Shown piece by piece: positions 8,191-19,249 of a DNA stretch of 64,000 nt (within the stretch, counting starts at the first letter, position 1; each line of letters opens with the position of its first letter). The stretch is from a virus (taxonomy: Duplodnaviria > Caudoviricetes): positions 96,001 to 160,000 of IMG/VR virus record IMGVR_UViG_3300006056_000001. One strand, 5' to 3'. The notes beneath the pieces are model-generated. The model searched no databases, had not been told where the DNA came from, and saw only the letters and a program-made list of their open reading frames with translations. A program made the position numbers and the translations under genes.

Positions 8191-8314
8191 GTAAGGTTGC
8201 CCGAGTGGCCGAAGGGAACAATCAAGCTTAAGTGAAATATTAATTATCTTTGTCTCCTGTGTAGCTTGACTGTTTGTACACGACACGTCGTAGGTTCGAA
8301 TCCTACACCTTGCA
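8191..8314 (+). ncRNA. tRNA-like RNA (Tyr-type body) with expanded anticodon arm
   Basis: GTAAGGT/ACCTTGC-A; D region CCCGAGTGGCCGAAGGG; T arm GTAGG TTCGAAT CCTAC; 11-bp stem with 34-nt loop in place of the anticodon arm. Confidence 0.7.
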
Positions 8315-8325
8315 TCCTTTTTCAT

Positions 8326-8730
8326 ATGCTAATAGCACCTTCTAACGGAATCCCTGGGTTTAAACAAAACAAGTTTTCTATTACAGATCACATCTGTAGA
8401 GAATGCTCTAAGAGAATATTACAATACTTAGGCCCCGCTGTTACTGGCGGTGGTAATCCTCTATTTGTTTGCTCTGGCTGTGAAAAAGCTGGCGCTTCTA
8501 TGGGTCCTCATCCTCTGTGCTGGTGTGGTCAAAAATATGATGGACACACCAATAAGCAGATATACATGTGCTACCGGATTCCTGACAAATCTTCTGCACT
8601 TCCTTCGGAGGTTCGTGCATTGGGTTCAATGGGATTCTCTGTATCTGGTAACCTCAAAGTAGGTGTTATTTTAGTAGAAGACTATATGAATAGTATTAGT
8701 CCAGAAAGAAACGCACTTAAAAAGCCATGA
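8326..8730 (+). CDS. Cys-rich (zinc-binding) hypothetical protein
   Basis: HICRECSKRIL, CSGC, CWCG motifs; ATG at 8326 after the tRNA-like RNA. Confidence 0.7.
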   Translation: MLIAPSNGIPGFKQNKFSITDHICRECSKRILQYLGPAVTGGGNPLFVCSGCEKAGASMGPHPLCWCGQKYDGHTNKQIYMCYRIPDKSSALPSEVRALGSMGFSVSGNLKVGVILVEDYMNSISPERNALKKP

Positions 8731-8996
8731 GTCCTCAAACAAAGAAAGTTCTCTCTGCTGTTCTTATTCCATTTCTTATTGGTCTTTTAATTTCTATATT
8801 TATTATGTGGACAGCTAATGTTAATTCTTCTCATAAGGATGCATATAAACTTAATTGGGAAAAGATTGTAGATTCTAATGGATATGTAACTCCTATCTAT
8901 CGTGCTCGTATTTATGGAGGCTGGCTAGTAAAAAGCTATAGTGGTATGATTTTTATTAGTTTAAACCATCCAGAAAACTGGATTCTAGAAAAGTAA

Positions 8997-9074
8997 GTCT
9001 CCTTAGCTCAGTAGGATTAGAGCACTTTTTTTCTAAAAAAGCGGTCCCAGGTTCAAGCCCTGGAGGAGATACCA
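8997..9074 (+). tRNA. tRNA-Arg(UCU)
   Basis: CTTTT-TTTCTAA-AAAAG; GTCTCCT/AGGAGAT-A-CCA. Confidence 0.9.
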
Positions 9075-10189
9075 ATGGATTGTCCAGTTAAAACAAACTA
9101 TTCTACTTTTACAAAAGCTATAGAATATTTTACCATAATTATTTGTATTACTTTTATAGCTTTTAGCTTATATATTACTTTATATTATGGTTAATACAGA
9201 AACTTGGCATCTAGAAGAACAAGTTAAGCAACTTGTAAAGCAATTAGACGCCGCTAATACTTCTTTATCTACTAGATTTCATATTGACTTAGATAAGTTT
9301 GATATATTTATTGAACTACTATCTAAAGTAGATAACAAAGACGCCCTTAGACAACTTCTACTTTCTTGTTCATTTCCTTTAGATCAAAGAGAAATGGCTA
9401 AGAAAGTTTGTAAGCTACTAGATGAAATAAAATGATCAAAAGACTTTTTAATGTAATAGGAGTTATATTGTGTATTTGTCTACTTCCATTTTGGATGTTT
9501 TTATCTATTTTTGTAGAATGTTTAGCTGTCTTAGCATCAATATTTCAATACATTATTACAGGAAGTGATATATCTGATGACACAGATAAATCTGCTTGGG
9601 CATATAAAATAAGAAAATGTTCATGTTTTAGTATAATGAAATGAAAAAACAAACTTTTCCACGACCATTACCTCCTCCTAATGAAACTATCGGAGGTATT
9701 TCAAAGTTTGAATCAAATCTTTGGTTCGTAGGTATTGTTTTAGCTTTTATTGCTTTTATTATTGCTTCTGCACTAGGATTTGGTCATAAAAAATGAATGC
9801 AGTAGACAACATCCCAATCAATGCGTTCTTCCACGCAATTATGCTTATGACCTTAAAGGTTGTATCTGATACTTTATTTAAAGCCCCAAATATTCCTTAT
9901 TTCCTTTGTATTATTGTATATTTTTTGATCATTATGTATACTCAAGAAATTAGAAAGAAAGAAAAAGACGATCAAAAAGAAGATATAGACTATAATGCAT
10001 CAGATAATGGAGTAGATGTATCAGAATACATTGGAAAAACTCCATCTCAAGTAAAAAAGTCTAAAAACAAATGAATTACTTAATTTGTACTTTTTATATT
10101 GTTGTACTTTGTCATTGGATTTATGTTACTAATAAACATGCTTATAAATTTGCTAATAAGAAATATAATGAATGGTTTAGGAGAAAAAA

Positions 10190-11056
10190 ATGAGAACCAT
10201 CTACCTTAATGTAGAACATAATCGTCCACCAGACTTTAAGGTATGGACCTTCCCCGGTGGGGAAGTAGGTGTAGAACAACTAACGCCTATCTATGATGTA
10301 AAGCAGTCTCAGATGGTCGCTAGGTTGTCTAGCAGCAACGATCTCATTGCCTTGGTCCTTGCCACTGATTCTATTAAAAGAAGCGCTCTAGCGCTTCCTG
10401 AGACGCTTATCGTGCCTTATCTCCCTTACGGGAGACAGGACCGGGTGACCGAGGCTGGTGGTGCATTCTCACTTCAAGCTATTGGTCAAATTATTGATAA
10501 TTTAGGTTATAAGATTATTAAAACTGTTGATCCTCACAGCTACGTCTCACAAGCTGTATTCAATAAGTCACAATTAATCTCTGTAGATACTACATATCTA
10601 CTTAACAATATTATTGACAAAGATACTGTATTATTGGCCCCGGATCTTGGTGCTCATAAAAGAGTATCAGCGGCGGCCCATCAATATTCTGTAGAGCACA
10701 TGGCTTGCATTAAGGAACGCCGTGGCTCTGATGTAATTATTACTCCTCCTACTGAGGAGCAGTTAATGAAATACAAAAAGATTCTTATTTATGATGACAT
10801 TTGTGATGGCGGCGCTACCTTTGTAAGTGTTGCCAATGCTATTAATAGAGTATTAAAGAAACAAGTTAACAAGCCACAACTACAGTTATTTGTTACACAT
10901 GGTATTTTCTCTAAAGCATTAACGCCGTTCAATAATTTATTTAGTCATATTTATACTACCAATACTTGGCAAGAATTTGGCCAATCCTGGTTTAATTGGA
11001 ATGTTGGAAAGTTCCAAGTATTTCCTATTTTTGATGATTTAGTAAGTCACATTTAA
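10190..11056 (+). CDS. Ribose-phosphate pyrophosphokinase-like protein (probable Adps of NARP1)
   Basis: FPGGE, PYLPYGRQDRV, DPHS, APDLGA.KR, DDICDGGATF, VTHGIFSK. Confidence 0.92.
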   Translation: MRTIYLNVEHNRPPDFKVWTFPGGEVGVEQLTPIYDVKQSQMVARLSSSNDLIALVLATDSIKRSALALPETLIVPYLPYGRQDRVTEAGGAFSLQAIGQIIDNLGYKIIKTVDPHSYVSQAVFNKSQLISVDTTYLLNNIIDKDTVLLAPDLGAHKRVSAAAHQYSVEHMACIKERRGSDVIITPPTEEQLMKYKKILIYDDICDGGATFVSVANAINRVLKKQVNKPQLQLFVTHGIFSKALTPFNNLFSHIYTTNTWQEFGQSWFNWNVGKFQVFPIFDDLVSHI

Positions 11057-11673
11057 ATAATATGAAAAAGTTTACAGTAAGACGTTCTAAGTGGCGACGA
11101 GGCGGTTCACGTCATTCAGAAATAAATAAAGGATTTACATATCTTTTAAATCCTCAAGGATATATGTGTTGTCTTGGATTTGCATGTAATCAGATTTGTA
11201 AAATCCCTAAGAAAAACCTTTTAAATATAGCATTTCCTTGGGAAATAGCTAATCCAAAAACTACTTTTGTTGATTCTGAAGGCAATAGCCCTGATTTTGT
11301 TAAGAAAGCTGTAAGAATTAATGATAGTTCATCTATTTCTGATACAGTAAGAGAAGCACGCCTTACAAAGTTGTTTGCAGACAACGGCATTAAGGTAACT
11401 TTTAAAGAATAACATGAAAATCGAATTCGTTCCATCCGGGCCAAAACCTAGAACTCTTTATGATATTCCTCCTAATACATTTGTAAAGATTCTATCATCA
11501 AAAAATATTTATGTAATAGCAGATTTAATTCCTTTTAAAAATTCTGAAAAACCTGCTATCGGTATTAATAATAATAGTAATAAATTATCAATTACTGTTA
11601 ATTTAGATACAACTATGGAAGAACATAAAGATTTTGAAGTACTAGGTGAATTAAAAATTACTTTGTCATAAAC

Positions 11674-13113
11674 ATGAAAATCAATCCATTGATGGCGCTA
11701 GATTTCTACAAGACTGATCACATTAGTCAATACCCTAAAGGATTAACTAAGATTGTCAGTAATATGACTCCTAGAAAATCTAGGATTCCAGATCTTGATG
11801 TTGTAGTCTGGTTTGGTCTTCAGTATTACATTAAAGAATATTTACTAAAGTTCTGGGATGCTTTCTTTTTAGATCCAGAATATTACATTCGACACTTTGA
11901 ATCTACTGTAAGACAAGGTGTTAATCCTAATTACAATGCTGACTTTCTTAGACAGTTAGGAAAGTTAGGATACATGCCACTTCGTATTAAATCAGTACCT
12001 GAGGGTACTGTCATGCCTATTAGACTTCCGTGCATGACTATTGAGAATACTCATCCAGACTTTGCTTGGTTGCCTAATTTCCTTGAGACTCAGCTATCTG
12101 CTGAAGTCTGGCAGGTTGCAACAAGCGCTACTATTGCATATCATTATGCAACTGTATTTAAGTCTTTCGCTGAAAAGACGGGCGCTGATACAAAATTCTG
12201 CTTCTGGCAGGGGCATGACTTCTCTATGAGAGGTATGGCTTCTGTAGAAGCTGCTGCTAAGTCAGGGGCCGCTCACTTATTGTCTTTCTATGGAACAGAC
12301 ACAGTAAGCGCTTTTGACTGGATTCGTCAATATTATAACACCAATGATTTTATTGGTGGTAGCGTTCCTGCTACTGAGCACAGTGTGATGTGCGCTGGTG
12401 GAAAGGAAAGTGAACTACAAACTTATCGAAGACTTATTAATACATATAAAGAAGGAATTGTTAGTATTGTAAGTGATACTTGGGACTTCTGGTCCGTTAT
12501 TACTGTTATCCTACCTATTCTTAAGAATGAAATTATGGCTCGTAATGGTAAAGTAGTTATTAGACCAGATAGCGGTGATCCTGTAGATATTCTCTGCGGA
12601 GACACCAACAGTGGTACAAACCATATTCATAAGGGGCTTATTGAATGTTTATGGGATTTATTCGGTGGTACTACTAATGATAAGGGATATAAAGTCTTGG
12701 ACCCTCATATTGGAGCTATTTATGGAGACAGTATTACTATGGAAAGACAGAAGGCTATTCTCACAAAACTAGAACAAAAAGGCTTTGCTTCCAGTAATAT
12801 TGTTTTAGGTATCGGCAGCTTTACATATCAGTATACTACTAGAGATACCCTTGGCTGGGCTATTAAGGCTACTTATGCAGAGATCAATAATCAGCCTCAA
12901 GCGTTATTTAAAGCGCCTAAGACTGATGACGGCACTAAGTTCTCGGCTGTAGGCCTTCCTCATATTAACAAAGACTTTGTTCTTACTCAGAATGTAGATA
13001 TGACAAAGTTTGAAAGTGCAGATAATATTCTACAAACTGTATATAATAATGGCAATCTACTTATTGATTATCGTTTTCAAGAAGTAAGAAAAAGATTAGG
13101 AATTATCCTGTGA
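11674..13113 (+). CDS. Nicotinamide phosphoribosyltransferase-like protein (probable Namat of NARP1)
   Basis: DFYKTDH.QYP, HDFSMRG, SVPATEHSVM, VSDTWD, IRPDSGDP, IYGDSIT, GIGSFTYQ. Confidence 0.94.
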   Translation: MKINPLMALDFYKTDHISQYPKGLTKIVSNMTPRKSRIPDLDVVVWFGLQYYIKEYLLKFWDAFFLDPEYYIRHFESTVRQGVNPNYNADFLRQLGKLGYMPLRIKSVPEGTVMPIRLPCMTIENTHPDFAWLPNFLETQLSAEVWQVATSATIAYHYATVFKSFAEKTGADTKFCFWQGHDFSMRGMASVEAAAKSGAAHLLSFYGTDTVSAFDWIRQYYNTNDFIGGSVPATEHSVMCAGGKESELQTYRRLINTYKEGIVSIVSDTWDFWSVITVILPILKNEIMARNGKVVIRPDSGDPVDILCGDTNSGTNHIHKGLIECLWDLFGGTTNDKGYKVLDPHIGAIYGDSITMERQKAILTKLEQKGFASSNIVLGIGSFTYQYTTRDTLGWAIKATYAEINNQPQALFKAPKTDDGTKFSAVGLPHINKDFVLTQNVDMTKFESADNILQTVYNNGNLLIDYRFQEVRKRLGIIL

Positions 13114-13547
13114 AGAAAAAAAAAGCTAAGAAGAAAAGTAATACTTTAAAAAGTGTTACTACGCCTTGGGGCTCTTATCAATATATTTATGTAGATCTTC
13201 TTAATGGAATTGTTATTAAGAAGCTTACTATTAAAGAAGGAAATAGATTTAGCCTCCAATCTCATTCTCATAGAATAGAGAATTGGAAAATAATCTATTC
13301 TCAAGGAAATCAATTTTCTATTATTAAAGAAAGTAATACTTTAAGTTATTATATTTCAGAAACTAATCATAATTTTAATTCTGATATGATTACTATCTTT
13401 TCTGGAGAAAAACATAGAGCAGAAGCTCTAGTTGGAGATCTTGAGATTATTGAGATCTCAACTTTTAGTCCTTATTTATACTATACTACATTAGAAGAAT
13501 TTGAATCAGATATTAGACGCTATCATGATGATTACGGTCGTGCGTGA
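13110..13547 (+). CDS. Cupin, mannose-6-phosphate isomerase type II C-terminal-like
   Basis: PWGSY...FSLQSHSHRIENW...KHR...IIEIST...DIRRYHDDYGR. Confidence 0.8.
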   Translation: MKKKKAKKKSNTLKSVTTPWGSYQYIYVDLLNGIVIKKLTIKEGNRFSLQSHSHRIENWKIIYSQGNQFSIIKESNTLSYYISETNHNFNSDMITIFSGEKHRAEALVGDLEIIEISTFSPYLYYTTLEEFESDIRRYHDDYGRA

Positions 13548-13555
13548 CCGTTTAC

Positions 13556-13632
13556 CCCGTCGTAGCTCAATTGGTTAGAGCAAACGACTCATAATCGTTA
13601 GGTTCTTGGATCATACCCAAGCGACGGGACCA
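13556..13632 (+). tRNA. tRNA(CAU), probably Ile2 (lysidine substrate)
   Basis: AACGA-CTCATAA-TCGTT; C1-G72 like the Ile tRNA; atypical T loop ATCATAC; TilS encoded in window. Confidence 0.8.
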
Positions 13633-13821
13633 GTTGCGCAACACAGCGTATGTTTAGATAGAAAACGTTAATACGTTGTTTAATTTAGAATGTTTATAGT
13701 ATAACAAATGAGTTGTTATACATAGTTTTTAATTGTTTATATCTATCTGCTTGGTAACAAAGCACTGGACATGCTTTGTTTAGGCAAAGGTGTAGAGCCC
13801 GTAAGAACAACGTCCATTTAA

Positions 13822-13897
13822 GGTCCCATAGCTCAGTTGGTAGAGCGCTTCCCCTACAAGGAAGATGTCGGGGGTTCGAGCCCCTCTGGGACCACCA
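13822..13897 (+). tRNA. tRNA-Val(UAC)
   Basis: CTTCC-CCTACAA-GGAAG (C33); CCA. Confidence 0.9.
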
Positions 13898-14417
13898 CAA
13901 TCCACAAGAGGTTACATATGTTAACAATACTTATAGCAGGGTTCCTAGTAACTATTGTTTATATTAATCTTGATTTCTTTATTAAGGTATTACTTAGTAT
14001 TTTCGTAGGATACATTATGTTTAGTGTATTATTTGTCTTTTATTGGCTTTGTTATGCCGCCTGGCAGCAAATCTCATTTAAAGACTCATATAATTCGATC
14101 AAAAACTATACAACAATGTTCAAAAATTATGTATATTCTAAGTTTAGAAAAGTAAATGCCTGATATGTCCTCTAAGAAGGAATACGAAAATTTTCCTCCT
14201 GCACATATTACTATTATATTTTTCCTAGGATTTCTAGGAATGATTTGTTCATTTATGTTTACATTATTTTCTATATATCATCAAGAATATAATTTAGTAA
14301 TAAAATACATAATTATTACTATAGGGCTAAGATATTCATTAGAATATTTGCTGAAACCTTATGATCTAAAAGAAGTAAAATAAAATACTTCTAGCTTCCG
14401 GCGGTCAAGGAGGTTTC

Positions 14418-16160
14418 ATGTCTTTAAGCGCAGAAGACACAGAAGAAGATTATTACGAAGAGGAAGAAGAAGTAGAGGTAAAAGAGCAAGACAAGTTAGA
14501 AGATTTCAGTATTGTTTTTCAAGTATCATCCATGTTTGATGATTTACTTGCTCCACCTAGTATTGAAGTTCCTTTAAGTCAGCCTGTCATGAGAGCTGAG
14601 TCCTCTGGATTACCAGATGGATCAGTTACTTATGCAGACCATGTAGCCCCTATTGGAGAAACACTAGATAAGTTTTGTGCTCGTTTGTCTAGAGAGGCTA
14701 ATCAAGCTTGGACTGAGTGGACCTCCACTCCTCCAGAAGGATTTACTCTAGGCACTAGTAAGCACATTCTTGATATTCAAGATAAACTATTAGGAGAAGA
14801 CAAGAAATATTATGAAGAAATCAAGAGACTTAAGTCTATTGAAGACTCTATTTACCAAGAAGAAGAGGATCTTAAGGTAAAAAGAATATCTTCTGAATGT
14901 ACTCATTTCAGAACGCCACATATTCTTAGTGAAATTCAAAATAGATACTATATCAAGAAAGAAATTATTAAAGGAGACTTTGGTCAGATTATTACTAAGG
15001 AAACGAAGGTAGATAGAATTGCACCAGGGGCCACTCTTAAAGTTATTGAAGGTATTTCTTCTAGTAAAGTAGAGAGATCTATTTATCGAATCTCTCATCA
15101 AGAATCTTTACAAAGATATAACTTTACTAAACATGAGACTGAAGTCTGGCGTAAACCTGCCAGAATTGATGACGATAAGTATATTCCAAATGCTTTTAGT
15201 CCAGAAGATGATCTAGACTATATTCCACCTTCTTCTCTTAATTCTACTAACTTCAACATATATCCTCCTGCTTCTAGAGCATATAATTGTACTTTTAAAG
15301 TTTATTATGTATTAAATACTAAATATTTTCAGACTACTAAAAACCCAGATTTAAAACAGAAGTATTTATATTCTAAAGTATATAGACCTACCTCTAAGAA
15401 AGACTATACTTCTGCTTCTAGCTTAGAGTATATTATCAAAGAAAAGGGCTTTACTCAAGAATTTGAGATTGTCATTGATGAGTATATGGCCCACGGTCGC
15501 GCTTACCCAAAGTGTAAGTTCGAGATAGATCTCAGGGTCACATATGGAGATCAACTCCAACCTGATCCTAACAATTACAAAAAAGTAGACCCAGAATCTG
15601 TTCTGGGCTTAAAGTTGCTTCAATTACTAAATGAACAGCCTTATCTTTGGAAAGAATTCACCTGGGATGTAACTACTGATCACGAGGACGGATCAACAAC
15701 CACTGACAAAATCGTCGCCGTAGGGTTTCTAATAGAAAATCCTCGTGATAGCTATGGTAAGAGAATCTATTGGGTATATTTGAATAGAGAAGCTAATGCT
15801 ATTGGTAAACCTTCTTTCTTAAGAAAGAAAAAGATACCTCCACAATTCTCTTATCGGCCTTATAAGTTAGCAGGTGGTGAGAAAGAAATTCCTTTCATTG
15901 CCTCTGTTCGCTTGTCTAATGGTTATTTTTATTACAATAAGAAAAGAGAACTTGTCTCTTTTGAAACAATTATTTCTGATGTCAAAAACTATATGTTTTC
16001 TAAAGATTATCTTTTTGTTCGTCAAGAACAAGAATCTCCATATATTAGCATTTCTGTATTGCACTTTATTCATAAATCTATGTCTACCAAACAACAAAGA
16101 CTGCTTGCTTACCTAACACTGAAAAGAGAGATCGAAGATGGAAACGCGACCTGTAGTTAG
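14418..16160 (+). CDS. Large hypothetical protein with acidic N-terminus
   Basis: 580-aa ORF with AGGAGG RBS; no recognised motif. Confidence 0.8.
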   Translation: MSLSAEDTEEDYYEEEEEVEVKEQDKLEDFSIVFQVSSMFDDLLAPPSIEVPLSQPVMRAESSGLPDGSVTYADHVAPIGETLDKFCARLSREANQAWTEWTSTPPEGFTLGTSKHILDIQDKLLGEDKKYYEEIKRLKSIEDSIYQEEEDLKVKRISSECTHFRTPHILSEIQNRYYIKKEIIKGDFGQIITKETKVDRIAPGATLKVIEGISSSKVERSIYRISHQESLQRYNFTKHETEVWRKPARIDDDKYIPNAFSPEDDLDYIPPSSLNSTNFNIYPPASRAYNCTFKVYYVLNTKYFQTTKNPDLKQKYLYSKVYRPTSKKDYTSASSLEYIIKEKGFTQEFEIVIDEYMAHGRAYPKCKFEIDLRVTYGDQLQPDPNNYKKVDPESVLGLKLLQLLNEQPYLWKEFTWDVTTDHEDGSTTTDKIVAVGFLIENPRDSYGKRIYWVYLNREANAIGKPSFLRKKKIPPQFSYRPYKLAGGEKEIPFIASVRLSNGYFYYNKKRELVSFETIISDVKNYMFSKDYLFVRQEQESPYISISVLHFIHKSMSTKQQRLLAYLTLKREIEDGNATCS

Positions 16161-16785
16161 TTTTGGACAACTCCTGTTTGAGCACGGCATTGAGGGCTAT
16201 GACCCTACTGCTAAGGACACTCCCACTAAGGGAGTGGTGAATGCTGGTGGTGCGAAGGTTTTCGCCCACTACAACTTGTCCAGCCCCACTTGCCCTATTA
16301 GTATCCGCAACGAGCCTTTGGCGAAGCTTTTTTCGGCCAAGGGTGTGATTCTATATGCTGTGAATCGTATTCAGCTCGATGATGAAGGCAAGCCTGTTCA
16401 TGTCAAGACCGGCGGGTACAATCGTATCTGCGCTGGGTTGATGGCATATGCCAGCAATCGACAGGACAAGGCAGCAGCTACTGAGCTGAAGGGACGGATT
16501 CTTGATATTATCAAGGCAGAAGGTCTTGACGCTTCTGATCACGTCGAGGTCCTTTCGGATATTCCAAATATTGATTTGAACTGCATGAAGAGCGTGTTGT
16601 TCAGGAACGCTTTGGGACAGAACGTTCCTATCCAACCTGCAGGGGTGGTCCTAATGGCCTTCCCAAGTGGTGGTCCGAATAGTAATGCTCTCTGGTCCTA
16701 TAGGAACCAGAAGGCATCTTCGCGGTCCGCCATGTCTGATGCGACTACTGCATCGCCTCAGGAAACCAGCGACGTTCCTTTCTAA
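16138..16785 (+). CDS. Hypothetical protein with SSB-like C-terminal tail
   Basis: GC-richer codons; ends ETSDVPF; followed by terminator. Confidence 0.7.
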   Translation: METRPVVSFGQLLFEHGIEGYDPTAKDTPTKGVVNAGGAKVFAHYNLSSPTCPISIRNEPLAKLFSAKGVILYAVNRIQLDDEGKPVHVKTGGYNRICAGLMAYASNRQDKAAATELKGRILDIIKAEGLDASDHVEVLSDIPNIDLNCMKSVLFRNALGQNVPIQPAGVVLMAFPSGGPNSNALWSYRNQKASSRSAMSDATTASPQETSDVPF

Positions 16786-16810
16786 TCTAGAAGGAACTAA
16801 AATACATATG

Positions 16811-16845
16811 GGGGACCAGGACTTAGATCTTGGTCCCCTTTTTTT
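16811..16845 (+). terminator. Rho-independent terminator
   Basis: GGGGACCAGG/CTTGGTCCCC hairpin plus T7. Confidence 0.85.
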
Positions 16846-17107
16846 ACATGAGTAATTCTCCACATTTTCAATACAGAATTGTCAAAATATTAGTAGATAA
16901 TAAGTACCCAGCTTATAAGATAGCTGAGGTATTTTTTGATCAAAATAAGCCAGTTAATTTTACTTTACTAAATACTTTTAGTTCTTTTCCTAATCCTAAT
17001 TTAGGAATTTCAGATCAACAAGCAATTGCTGATTTAAAGAAAGATGTAGAGGAAATCATGAAAGCTTTTGACTTACGTATAATTGACGCCGAGACTATGT
17101 CAGAAAT

Positions 17108-17530
17108 ATGAAAGCCAATAAGATACTTCAAAAGATATTTGATAGATTAACTCTTTTATATAAGAAAATTACAGATGCAAATTGGGATGATCCTAAAAAT
17201 ATCCTAATATTGATCGCATGTGTAGTTCTTCCTTTTGTAGCTTGGTATTACATTTCTACCGGGCTTGTGCTAGGACTATGTATGTCTATTAGCATACTAT
17301 GGTTACTGGAAAAGTCTCCAGTATTCATAAAAGAACTTGTTGTCGAGCACCCCTTGGCAGCAGATTTATTGTTGTCTTCTTTTGCCTTGGTATCCATTGG
17401 AGGATTCTTTGGCACTGGATTGACGTTGGGACTAGGCGCTGTCTTTTCAACCATAATTTTAAGCTGGGCTCTAGTCTCATTTGCAGAAAAGTTCAAGAGA
17501 GAACAAGATGAAACAACCGCTAGAAGTTAA
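17108..17530 (+). CDS. Membrane protein
   Basis: Four hydrophobic segments. Confidence 0.7.
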   Translation: MKANKILQKIFDRLTLLYKKITDANWDDPKNILILIACVVLPFVAWYYISTGLVLGLCMSISILWLLEKSPVFIKELVVEHPLAADLLLSSFALVSIGGFFGTGLTLGLGAVFSTIILSWALVSFAEKFKREQDETTARS

Positions 17531-18018
17531 CCCTCTATACTATACTCCTTATATTATTCATGATGTCGTAACTGTTTACGACAAGTCTATTGGTCAATAC
17601 GTAGATCGTCATAGAACGGTCGGTATTTCTTTCAATAGACTAAAGAAGATTGTTATTGCAAGTACTATTTGCAGTAATCTTGATTCTTTTGACAAGAAGA
17701 AAGGTACCAATATTGTTCGTAGCAGAATCAATACTGCTTTAAAGACTCATTTCAGAAGAGCAAAGAATGTATTAAGTTTTGATTCTATTAAGGATTTTAA
17801 TTCTTTCTGTGATAGATTTGATGATATTTCTAAGCTACTATTTGTTCCTTATGAAGTAACCCAGCAGGGCGAAGATTCTTTTAATAAAGTAAGACTTGTT
17901 GATCCAAAGTGCCGAAATACGGACGTAAAGGATCCTAGCGAGATCTATTTAAATAAGACCCATATTAATGATCTTTATACTAGATTCTTCTATGCACAAG
18001 AACCAAAACAAGAAGTCA

Positions 18019-18414
18019 ATGAGCCAACTGCCTGCCAACCTTGTGGGGCTACAAGTCACGACCCAAATCTTGACTGAAAACCCTTCTTGGGTTTTCGTAT
18101 TTGGTGATAATACACTAAGGCGTGGTCTCGGAGGTGCTGCCAAGCTCCGATATCACCCTCAGGCATATGGTTTTATTACCAAGAAATATCCTACTTATGA
18201 AGATACGGCCTTTTATAGGCCAGAAGAATATCAAGAAATATATAAAAAAGAATTAGAAAAACTTAAGAAAGAAATTATTAATAAGTCTGATAAAACTTTC
18301 CTTATCTCTTTATTAGGCGCTGGCCGAGCAAATAAATATAAGATTTTTGAGACCGTAATAGAACCTTCTATTAAGAAGGATCTAGATTTTCCTAACGTCA
18401 AGTTCCTCTGGTAA
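18019..18414 (+). CDS. Conserved phage protein (FVFGDN..R.G.GG.A family, macro-like fold possible)
   Basis: VFVFGDNTLRRGLGGAAKLR...GFITKK...LGAGRAN. Confidence 0.65.
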   Translation: MSQLPANLVGLQVTTQILTENPSWVFVFGDNTLRRGLGGAAKLRYHPQAYGFITKKYPTYEDTAFYRPEEYQEIYKKELEKLKKEIINKSDKTFLISLLGAGRANKYKIFETVIEPSIKKDLDFPNVKFLW

Positions 18415-18417
18415 AAA

Positions 18418-19164
18418 ATGTCTAAGCTCCACCAATTACTGGCAGTACATGATCCTGCCCAGACAATGTTCAAGAAAGTGAACGAGGAAGCAATTTCCAC
18501 GTTTACTAAGAAAACAAACCTATTTGAAGGTATTTCTTCAAATACTGTATCTAAGCTTGATAAAGAACATCCTCTTTATCCAAAGTTCCCAGACAATACT
18601 CAGCATGTTCCTGTTGCTGAGAATGTAGAATCAAAGCTTAACTACGTTTTTGAAGAAGCTATTAAGTATTTTGATATCAATTATCAGATTGACCTAGCTA
18701 ACTGCAAGGCAAGAGCAGATATTGTTCTTGATGGTAATGTTATTGCAAAGGATATCCCTGCTACTACTCTTCTATTCTTAGAAAACAAGTTTAAGAGTGT
18801 CCGGGGCGTTGTAGAAGCTGTTCCTACTCTTGATCCTGCTATTCAATGGACTAAGGACGGAGCTACTTATCGTACTCCAGAAGCATCTAAGCCTGTTATT
18901 GATATTGTTCCTGAACACACCGTAGTTTCTCCTCCTACGGAGAAGCATCCTGCTCAGGTTGCTGTAGTCAATAACACTTATATTAGAGGTATTACTAAGG
19001 TAACTGGTCTTTCTGGACGAATTACTGTTAACAGAAAGTCCGAACTATTAGCAAAGTGTGATAAGATTATTAATGCTTGTAAGCAAGCGCGTCAACGTGC
19101 AAATGATGTTGAACACGATAGTAGTGTAATCGGAAAAACACTATTTAACTATCTCATGGCTTGA
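18418..19164 (+). CDS. Conserved coiled-coil protein (DUF7873-like)
   Basis: MSKLHQLLAV, LFEG, ARADIVLDG..IAKDIPATTLLFLE, PTLDP...W, PTEKHPAQV, CKQARQRAN. Confidence 0.7.
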   Translation: MSKLHQLLAVHDPAQTMFKKVNEEAISTFTKKTNLFEGISSNTVSKLDKEHPLYPKFPDNTQHVPVAENVESKLNYVFEEAIKYFDINYQIDLANCKARADIVLDGNVIAKDIPATTLLFLENKFKSVRGVVEAVPTLDPAIQWTKDGATYRTPEASKPVIDIVPEHTVVSPPTEKHPAQVAVVNNTYIRGITKVTGLSGRITVNRKSELLAKCDKIINACKQARQRANDVEHDSSVIGKTLFNYLMA

Positions 19165-19172
19165 GATAGTTT

Positions 19173-19249
19173 CGGGCTGTAGTGTAACTGGCTAGCACGA
19201 GGGACTTTGATTCCCTTAGAGTAGGGTTCAAATCCCTCCAGCCCAACCA
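19173..19249 (+). tRNA. tRNA-Gln(UUG)
   Basis: AGGGA-CTTTGAT-TCCCT; CCA. Confidence 0.85.
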
